Positions 37,501-42,545 of a stretch of 42,545 nt of DNA are shown here, one piece after another. Numbering within the stretch: position 1 is the stretch's first letter; each line of letters opens with the position of its first letter. The stretch is from positions 1-42,545 of the forward strand of contig JAFVTO010000195.1 in assembly GCA_017503165.1 (NCBI GenBank). The letters are read 5' to 3'. The notes below the pieces were generated by a model that worked only from the letters and a program-made list of their open reading frames with translations, was not told where the DNA came from and searched no databases. This DNA comes from Clostridia bacterium. GTDB taxonomy: Bacteria; Bacillota; Clostridia; Oscillospirales; CAG-272. The position numbers and the translations under genes were made by a program.

Positions 37501-39695
37501 GCTCTTGCGATCTGTACGGGTGTAGTAGAGAATATTAACGTATCTGCCTTAACAAACAGTGTCTTGTTAAGTGTTATGTCATTTATAAGTTTAATAAGAG
37601 GAGCACCCTCGTTAAGTGCATTTTCAAGCTCATTCTGTGACTTGACAAGCACTGCAGTCCAAAGTCCATCTACAATGTCACCGTTATAATCCGTATAGCT
37701 TGGAATTCCGCTGTTTATTTCGGTTACGGTAAGCTTATTGTAAATAGCCCCAGACCAGTACGTACCGTCATACTCTTCCTCAATGTCAAGATCAATGTAA
37801 TTTGCTTTATTGATTGAAAGCTTAGCGCCTGCGGAGTTACCCCAGATGATAGGTCCGCCAACGGATGCCGTATTGCCGGAAACAGTCATACCGCTTATAG
37901 TAATAAGAGTACCGGTGGTAGTTGCATACAAGAAACCTCCCTTTGAAGCACTGTTATTAATAGCGGTTATGTTATAGAGCTTCAGATCACTCTTGTTGGA
38001 GACAAATATTCCTCCGCCCAAACCGTATGATAAGTTGTCAACAAAGGTACAGGAATGAATAATAGTTTCTACTGCGCCCGTATATATAAAGAGAGCGCCC
38101 GCGTTGGTTGTATTGGATTCTAAGCAAGCGTTGCCGGAAAAATATGTGCCGTAAACGCCTGTTACAGCAGACGTATACAAATACATGGCACTACCTGCGG
38201 TTGCCGTATTATTTTCTATGTTACTGTTGTATACTGAAAGTGTTGATGCCGTAGAATAAACAACACCGCCCTTACCGGATGCTGCGTTTTGTTGAGCATC
38301 AATTTTATTCATAACAACGTCTGCCGCGCCATTCATATAGATACCTGCGCCATTCGTAGCCTCATTGGATATAAACTTAACTTTGTCAAGCCTGGCTACA
38401 ACATAACCGGTTGTCTCGGAGCCTTCTGTGTAAACAGCACCGCCGTTTAGTGCAGAGTTTCCGGAAAATACGGTATTTGCAAGCATTATATCTGTAGTAA
38501 TGTTCAAGGTGTTATGTCCTGACGAAGCAATAGCACCGCCGTTTGATGTTGCAGTGTTATTATCAAACATACAATCCTGAGCACTTAAAGGTCCGTACTT
38601 ACCGCCGACATAAATTGCACCGCCTGTTTCTGCGGAGTTTCCACTGAACGTAGTATCCTGTGCAGTTACTCTGCCGGTTGAGTATATAGCACCGCCGTAT
38701 GTAGCTGCTGTGTTACCTGAAAAAACAACTCTACTCTCACAGTATTCGCTTACACCGCCAAGATATGTCTTTGCGCCAGAGCTTGTGGGAGCGTAGATAG
38801 CGCCACCTGCAGTTGAAGCTGTGTTATCCTTAATCGTAGCGTTATAAATGAATAGGGTACGGTAGTTATAGAAAACTCCTGCTCTTACAGCTGAGTTTCC
38901 TTCAAAAACACCGCCGTAAATATTCATAACCGCGTAGTTATAGAAGGCACCACCGTATGCGGATGTAGTAATTGAGCTATCAGTTGTACCTGAATTGTGT
39001 GAATATGTACCGCCGTAAATATTCATACAGCCATCTTTGGCTATTATGCCGACCGGACCGCCTATGGTAGAAACATTATTTGTGGGAAAACCGTGAATTG
39101 TGTCAAGAGTTCTCTCGTTGCCTGACTTATAGCAGTTAGTAGCCACAAAATCATTATAAAGGTCAGCCTGTGCGCCGGCACATACGAAAATAACTGAGCC
39201 TGTAACATCTACAGTCATATTTTCCTTATTGCCGTCTATAGTCAGCATGCTTGAGCCGTCGTCATCGTATCCGCCCAAGGAGAAGATTACTCCTGCTTCG
39301 CACAAGGTGTTGTCTACTTTCTGTCCAACTACAAACATATCACCTGCGAAATTTGCATTACGCGTCAACTTAACCTTCTCTTTACTGTAAACGATAGTAT
39401 TTTCGGTTATATAAAAAGTACGGTCAATTTCAAAATCCGCGGTGATGCAAATAGCATCAATACCGTCGCTCAAAGCAGCTTCCAGTTCCGCAGAGGTTGA
39501 AACATCCATGAATGTTGACGGGAACAAAAGCTCTCCGTCGTCATCATAAATTTCAGGACTTGCCTGTGTGAAAGGGACCTCATCCGATAATACGGAATCG
39601 CTCTCTTGCGCATATACAGACATTGGTAATACAGAAACGATCATTAGCAATGCCAATATTAATGCAAGGATTCGGTTTTTACGATTGATTTTCAT
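28542..39695 (-). CDS. Giant (3717 aa) secreted multidomain protein: Pmp-like beta-helix repeats, PLD-like region, 4 LamG-like domains, C-terminal SGNH/GDSL hydrolase
   Basis: Signal peptide (MKINRKNRILALILALLMIVSVLPMSVYA); dozens of FxxNxA..GGAIY repeats; HVK...WTSSSN and HNK...NSCN; four (R)GG(I/V)I..N/LEI...G..RL repeats; FVGDS, GTND, DGLHP; AAGGGAG RBS. Confidence 0.9.
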   Translation of the reverse strand: MKINRKNRILALILALLMIVSVLPMSVYAQESDSVLSDEVPFTQASPEIYDDDGELLFPSTFMDVSTSAELEAALSDGIDAICITADFEIDRTFYITENTIVYSKEKVKLTRNANFAGDMFVVGQKVDNTLCEAGVIFSLGGYDDDGSSMLTIDGNKENMTVDVTGSVIFVCAGAQADLYNDFVATNCYKSGNERTLDTIHGFPTNNVSTIGGPVGIIAKDGCMNIYGGTYSHNSGTTDSSITTSAYGGAFYNYAVMNIYGGVFEGNSAVRAGVFYNYRTLFIYNATIKDNTASTAGGAIYAPTSSGAKTYLGGVSEYCESRVVFSGNTAATYGGAIYSTGRVTAQDTTFSGNSAETGGAIYVGGKYGPLSAQDCMFDNNTATSNGGAIASSGHNTLNITTDIMLANTVFSGNSALNGGAVYTEGSETTGYVVARLDKVKFISNEATNGAGIYMNGAADVVMNKIDAQQNAASGKGGVVYSTASTLSVYNSNIENNTATAGSAMYLYTSAVTGVYGTYFSGNACLESNTTNAGALFIYTGAVETIIHSCTFVDNLSYGLGGGIFVSNKSDLKLYNITAINNSASKGGFLYATTTGTLITISGMTVSGNTASVGGPIIWGNSAGAKLSINKANYIDLDIEEEYDGTYWSGAIYNKLTVTEINSGIPSYTDYNGDIVDGLWTAVLVKSQNELENALNEGAPLIKLINDITLNKTLFVKADTLIFSTTPVQIARADDYIGIMFSVGSEEVPVSLEFGNEGYATKNLITINGSGIENAESAISVNANATVTVYESATVSNNNCTAGVITVKESGQLILNCTITDNSSTQEKIINNLGTVEIIGGSYTNNTGSLVYNNGTLTVTDGEISSNTATTGAAIYNESILFVNGGVFDSNTAEAGGAIYITDGTVNIAGGTFTSNSATVGGAIYTVGGNSILGGVYQENTATNGGAIFIDVNSDTTVSNTSFISNNAENGGAIYTVCFNTAIDSSSFKDNEAVNGGAIYVSDSILSISNNVFTSNSAEYGGSIYLEHSSLDASGDTFTSSNATYGGAIYAHNSDITVEATTFESCYADLNGGAVSALDSDITINYSEFEACSADNSGGAIYVEDTSLFLRESKFTFNSAETNGGAISLGDGATAEIVSTLFQANSAETDGGAIYLFTNGAKTTTQNCSFKENSATGFGGAICVSGKSIIELCDTSATSNSALRGGFMHITDTNTEVVINGISVSNNTANNGPIVYGNDTGATVYVNKKTWIDAQTSNLDSAYFFSAFYGKLTVKYDLTNSPATENAGGLDLSSAVEVSSADELENAIAAKTKYIKIVSDFDIDRTYYITYGATIFSSAPHVITRSPDFGGEFFVVGETADGVNSMLAKGDASLTLGNPNSSIDNLLIIDGNKDNMTVDVHGSIIFVVNGARVHFYNNLTVRNCHKNNNEKTLDAKYRLSRPERIGGSLAIIVMGSVNVHGGTYTNNSVREQTSTDEEGRLSSIGGLFYNQSNLNIYDGLFRYNEAARGGIVYNYDIVKIYGGEFVANQALTSGGAVYYSPSSVSCYLNIGFESDKQIIFRDNIGTTSGGVICSSGESSIVIYGNCSFDNNTTVSGSGGAIYAGGTLILRNTTFSNNSSTQYGGAIYASKTFESDYGHSIVTIENCSFISNNATYGGAYTVFTDTDESLTSGAISNVFSSEFIANSASNGGAIYTNNMSSLSFSGCTFEENTASGEGGAMYVIGNATVKIKDSKINSNTASSYAGAISVRSARLELDNTTISNNASNTNAGAIYIAYSSAYGNNSTVIVNDSVLKGNSSLGSGGAIYATRRAIEGDTNVLNVRATDFSANYSNNHGGAVYLTGGVHVDMNDVTFVSNSTRLKSEISGGAIGVVAGSSLEINNGIFTRNNTYLGGGIYIGTDASVVLNDITASKNMATFGGFIYSKFGDTKIYNSDIKTGSAASGAGIYLYEGATAEFYNTNFKGNATRTDNGGALFIYTFGKEVKVQNCNFDGNVAANVGGAIYVSGESLAKFYNNTGTDNSAVNGGFMYVTKAGTVVDVIGLTVSGNTVESGGKVFWINTKNATVNFNKSTYSDLDYTEEITDEYWSTVIEGNLVAVVEIQDKAPSYTDYKETIESVVSTTHKNPVSVDEIFNLAENSQDGFISSKYDTFPVLDKSSNFMSREQTIFKNINGNDVTVDTYVYQNYRPEGNMNVGQGLMIFQSMLYKQANPEEEVYIDIASYRFSVDAAVNINRNSRYFGYMRQLTKDYDEFGFVRISYLLVCAAKMGIHVNVMAHEEAYPLTSKDRLEPYFTKHMSDPCDPEYVTDKLVADYLTFTKYDWDISGSEMMHVKLCAVSHYLDMHGNVHKNAVWTSSSNLDGIRDAGYNANWKLQTATIISDHEQIYRVATNYLRLMPLYEEKDHIIEFQNIINVRSTKQIDLILAGRGDEIPEDEQIVYIGTKDDNVFEFYFTPFAGDILSWNETYNPYCKYLRELYDSEDYIVFTFNAAEYSGKFPLGTQIEQMIIDAFHNNKNPNNKIYANMESFDATTFDDLVVGVDIGFKSINKWELGEVHNKDLQFSYVKNGQRYYVSLLNSCNFHSGSMYFQPNFALVIKETTCASNSIFSTIGKYSTTTDVVTHTYGDEIRKEATETEHGMIYRECTCCKEQKVITTLHYSSDWIVEKVATPIENGIRYKECVVCHKLLESEETKHTVEGMNPDNNTGLGFINNAPIPVTIQKTPVTIEATVQYNKNGRGGIIFGNYSSYYDDDAINLEIFTEGRVRLFYITNGIRTDILFNTDIRSKTPVHIAVTVDGSTVNLYVDGVLAETVDVYNPLPDVHDGFVIGGDNREGNSQKFRGTIYSVSVFSDVRSADEIKADKEYISGNSEDLLISKYFTSNNAHEYVTDNTLSGTKFNSTTVHGIGKLNSAFATIEALIQLPTAYDGRGGVILSNYTESYSDTISLEILQEGKLRLFYIANGTKYDYSFTTDVRSDEPTHITVTLDGTVASLYVNGVFVESITLAVPVPSVTEGFAIGGDYRQNNAQYFKGTIYSVQLFSNIRTSEEIVNDIIHGSKDDEALVYSAYYTSSGVENEFKGQSFNEKLYGGLICNLNGTPHTFEVVIQLSPDCNGRGGIILSNNFKSKPIVSFEVFKEGKLRLYYVNGTETVDCKFDTDVRSDTPIHVALSVDGTIASLYINGKLTEVKELALPLPESTYGYHIGGDFRKNNTEYFKGTIYSVNLFDNARSEEEIKQDMVFVNKDNALASVNYINPKDIDISNLHKVGKFEVITDTTPTTDGTAKVVCDECGRVLGYYNIPYMSNGIIKNDYLNTGSALTEKDYYKINSTFDRNPKTFEILLKLSPGITERAGVILGNYNGSASERMNLEIYTKGNPRLWYKVNNVSYSYLFNTDVRSDEAVHLTFTIDGLSCSLYIDGVLYETIALDCEVPFDGSNFYIGTDARINAQSFKGEIYSASIFSDIRTADEIKRDMIMITSDTDNVLFSKYFVANEAVAVKGPWTDKTAIFVGDSITAGTNCDDRKYWELLKDYLELGSSDGLGIAGSCISSTSDYGIEHDPLINRYDEIPEADLITVFMGTNDYGHDTPLGTIDDTTDTSFYGALNVIIPALQAKYPNSKLVFITPLHRYGFGTNSATGEAHTFDYIPNGAGHTLEEYVNAILDVCEKYSVSVIDLYSNLDLDASLLETREYYMEDGLHPNSAGHRLIAEYVAHSLMEMSKDS

Positions 39696-40054
39696 AAATA
39701 TCTCCCTTCTTGAAATACCTAATCGTTATTTACAGTATAACACAGTATACCATGAAATACAATATAAAGTGGGATTTTTTTGCAGATAGTGACATACTTG
39801 CCAGAATGTAACTACCCATTTTCGCTTTTATGTCGACAACTGCAGTGCCTGTAAGGAAAAAAGACAAGGCTCTGTTGAAAATAAAAAGAATCGCCCCTTG
39901 TATAAAGGTAACAAAGCGACTGAGGGATTGTTTGATGTAGTTTTAATCTTTGGATCTGTCACCGAGTATGCCTGACCAATCCTTTATAATCCCTCTTTAA
40001 CGGCAATTCGTCATAAATTGAAGCCTTAGGGCTTCATGATTTGAACGCACCGGG

Positions 40055-40609
40055 TCACGGATGGGCTTCCTTAAAGAGACGATTGTTCTCAACCAGCTCA
40101 TCGAAGGTCACCGGCTTCATTCCGTTTATATCCACCCCCGCGTTGAGCACGCGTTCACGGGCTCTGATAAGGGGCCAGAAATCATCCGATGTGTCATCGT
40201 GAAGATGTCCGTGTATCATGTAGCTTTTTTTTGCCCGCTTCCATGTGAGCAGAGGATAATGACACAGGGTCATTCCCCGCTGACCGTCGGATATTTCAAG
40301 CATATTGCTCACGCTTTGAAAATACTGTGAAAGATCCACCTTATTTATCCATGATCCGTCATGATTACCGAGGATAAGGTGCTTTTTGCCCTTAAGACGG
40401 GAGAGAACTCCCTCCACATCCGCGGCGCGAAAGAACATATCCCCCAGAATATAAACCGTATCGTTTCCGCTTACGCGCTCATTCCAATTTCTGATAAGAG
40501 TCTCGTTCATTTCCTCAATGGACGAAAACTGCCTTCCGAATTTCAAAACGTTTTCGTGCCCAAAATGAGTGTCCGAAATAAAAAAAATCTTCTTTTGTTC
40601 TCTTGCCAT
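40055..40609 (-). CDS. Calcineurin-like metallophosphoesterase
   Basis: SDTHFGH, LGD, GNHD, HYP, HGHLH. Confidence 0.9.
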   Translation of the reverse strand: MAREQKKIFFISDTHFGHENVLKFGRQFSSIEEMNETLIRNWNERVSGNDTVYILGDMFFRAADVEGVLSRLKGKKHLILGNHDGSWINKVDLSQYFQSVSNMLEISDGQRGMTLCHYPLLTWKRAKKSYMIHGHLHDDTSDDFWPLIRARERVLNAGVDINGMKPVTFDELVENNRLFKEAHP

Positions 40610-40685
40610 TTAATATACTCCACTATAAAAATTCCAACGCAAAATGTAAAAAATCTAAGTAAATCAAGCAATTTTTTTCTAAGAT

Positions 40686-41969
40686 CTACCGCGTTCTTGA
40701 AGTTTTGCCTCTTCTGGATTCCGCCAGCTTCATCTTGTAAAGCTCTTCTGTGGCAAGCCTTGTCTTTGTTACCACGCCCTCCTGTGTCGGAAAGCAGTAA
40801 AACAGTCGGTCACGGTTTCCGATGCTTATCATATCCCCGATCTCATACCAGAAATAATCGGAATTAAGACTGTGTGAGGAAAGAGGCTTTTGCTCATAGT
40901 GCAACTCTCCATCGCAACCGTCAAGAACAAATCCCTCCGCTCCGTGAGTCAGTCTGCCCTCTCCGACCATATACAAAGCCTTATGGTCCACCAGCATACC
41001 TATCTTGACCGGTGTATCCAGGGAATATTCTCCGGAAAGAAGCTGCTCTCTTACACATTCCCGCTCCCAGGCATACCAATCAGGAATATGCTCAAATACC
41101 GTATCTCCATCGTCAGCCTTAAGCCTTCCCAGGGTATCCATACGGTGACGCTTGCCGCAAGCGTTACACACAAGCTCAACACCCTCGCCGCGCATCTGTC
41201 CCTCGGTGTGACAGCTACAGCATTTATACAGTATGCGCTCAAGTCCCGTAGCGCGAAATGGCTCGGTTATCTCTATTTTGTTTTCGTATTGCCATGCAAA
41301 ATTATCAAATGTAAACGCCCTTTTGATTCCCTCATTCAGCGACTCCGCTGACAGCGACTCTATTTGCTCGGCATTAAACAGACATTTAACATCTGCGCTC
41401 ACCTTCACCTTTCGCAGTCTCAGCCCGTTATACAGAGGATCTCGGGCAAATGCGCCGTGAGTGGTTACCATCAGAACCGGAACCTTCAGCATTTTCAGTA
41501 GGGAGCCGAGATTATCCGGAATGGTCGTAGCGCAGCCGTCAAAGCTGTATCCTGCTTCCGGATACATAAGAACACTGGTCTTTTTTGTTTGAAGGGCGTA
41601 TTTCATATCCCGTATCAGCGTCAGATCCATAACATATTTCTGAGTAGGGATGCAACCGATGCGTCGCATAAGCCACGCTTTACCCACCAGCCCATCAGTG
41701 GTACAAACGATATTATACGGCATCGGGAAAAATATCCTGGATACTATTTTCAGATCTATAAAGCTGGAGTGATTCATCAGAATAAGAAACGGTCCCTTCA
41801 GTTTCTTCTCCGTGAAGGTATAGGTAAATCTTGTTTTCAGCATATCCACTATAGCCAGAATACGCACAAGGGCAGTAAGCAAAATCCAGGGACGCCTCGG
41901 CTTCACGTGCTTTGGTCTGGGGAGCGCCATTACCTGGGAATATGTTTTATTCACGGTTTTTATCTTCAT
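40686..41969 (-). CDS. Lysophospholipid (1-acyl-sn-glycerol-3-phosphate) acyltransferase family protein with C-terminal extension
   Basis: NHSSFID (HxxxxD) and YPEAG; CxxC pairs in the C-terminal half; ATG at 41969 follows GAGGAG. Confidence 0.85.
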   Translation of the reverse strand: MKIKTVNKTYSQVMALPRPKHVKPRRPWILLTALVRILAIVDMLKTRFTYTFTEKKLKGPFLILMNHSSFIDLKIVSRIFFPMPYNIVCTTDGLVGKAWLMRRIGCIPTQKYVMDLTLIRDMKYALQTKKTSVLMYPEAGYSFDGCATTIPDNLGSLLKMLKVPVLMVTTHGAFARDPLYNGLRLRKVKVSADVKCLFNAEQIESLSAESLNEGIKRAFTFDNFAWQYENKIEITEPFRATGLERILYKCCSCHTEGQMRGEGVELVCNACGKRHRMDTLGRLKADDGDTVFEHIPDWYAWERECVREQLLSGEYSLDTPVKIGMLVDHKALYMVGEGRLTHGAEGFVLDGCDGELHYEQKPLSSHSLNSDYFWYEIGDMISIGNRDRLFYCFPTQEGVVTKTRLATEELYKMKLAESRRGKTSRTR

Positions 41970-42003
41970 ATCATCAGACTCCTCATTTGCGTTGAGTAAG
42001 TTT

Positions 42004-42032
42004 AGAATACCACATTTCCACGGTTTTGTCAA
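42004..42032 (-). promoter_or_regulatory. Sigma-A promoter for the acyltransferase
   Basis: TTGACA-17 bp-TATTCT with extended TG. Confidence 0.6.
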
Positions 42033-42107
42033 GACTTCGTGCTATCTGATAGTAAAAACTGTGGCAAAAGCCCACAACTTGCAAAAAAGGACGGAGAGTA
42101 CGGACTG

Positions 42108-42163
42108 TACTCTAAAGGACAGTTTTTAAATCCAACAGGAATTAGCACCCACCAACAGGAAAA
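42108..42163 (+). repeat. 56-bp degenerate direct repeat, copy 2
   Basis: Matches 28300-28355. Confidence 0.6.
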
Positions 42164-42235
42164 AGACAGAGAATGTTTTCTTGACAACTACTGAGTTAAT
42201 TAAAGACATATTCTCTTGTAAAGCATAATTCCGCC

Positions 42236-42398
42236 CGTGTCATCCTGAGCGGAGCGTAAGCGAAGTCGAGCTGCGAAGCAGTGTGAGGTGTAAGCCGAGC
42301 AGGATCTCGGGCGAGAACAGCTTTCTTTCCATCGTAGATATCCCCTACGGGTTCGACTGCGGGCGGCGCATGCGCCTTCCTCCGCTCAGGATGACACG
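42236..42398. repeat. REP/MITE-like palindromic element
   Basis: Perfect 19-bp terminal inverted repeat CGTGTCATCCTGAGCGGAG/CTCCGCTCAGGATGACACG enclosing small hairpins. Confidence 0.75.
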
Positions 42399-42471
42399 AG
42401 GGGGGATACGCTACCTCCCGTGAGGCAGAAAAAGCCTCCCATAGTGGCACCTGCCGTAGAGCAGGTGCCAC

Positions 42472-42545
42472 AGTTATATTCGCCTGCAGCGAGTTATATT
42501 GCTTCGCAGTGATATTCGTCTTGCGACGAGTGATATTCGCTTCGC
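42472..42545. repeat. Tandem AGT(T/G)ATATT + mini-hairpin array (truncated by window end)
   Basis: Four 9-bp units at 42472, 42492, 42508 and 42529, each followed by a short palindrome. Confidence 0.7.

Noticed and set aside
28542-39695. Autotransporter (Pmp) call for the giant protein
   Set aside because: The C-terminus is an SGNH hydrolase, not a beta-barrel, and the host looks monoderm.
42196-42471. 91-aa ORF
   Set aside because: Spans the palindromic repeat element; likely spurious.
42472-42545. CRISPR array
   Set aside because: 9-bp repeats with 7-12 bp spacers are too short, and there are no cas genes.

Overview
This looks like a chromosomal window from a Clostridia-like (Bacillota) bacterium, inferred from near-consensus sigma-A promoters, Shine-Dalgarno sites and the gene families present. 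From left to right it carries housekeeping genes (partial NSS transporter, Gfo/Idh/MocA oxidoreductase, ilvE, radA, GNAT), then a two-gene P-loop polynucleotide kinase-HD phosphohydrolase / T4 Rnl1-like RNA ligase unit that is a probable RNA end-healing and sealing module. Next is an AT-rich, minus-strand Wzx/Wzy polysaccharide cluster of about 12.5 kb with several lesions and an unusual embedded ATP-grasp ligase + TRAP-like permease pair. After that come a TraX-family membrane protein, a URO-D-family protein and an AraC/GPH symporter/GH2 sugar-use locus. A 3717-aa predicted secreted protein follows, combining three Pmp-like beta-helix modules, a two-HxK phospholipase D-like region, four LamG-like domains and an SGNH hydrolase. 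The window ends with a metallophosphoesterase, a lysophospholipid acyltransferase and several palindromic or repeated intergenic elements. No rRNA, tRNA or CRISPR array was seen. All assignments come from motif reading by eye; no database searches were run.
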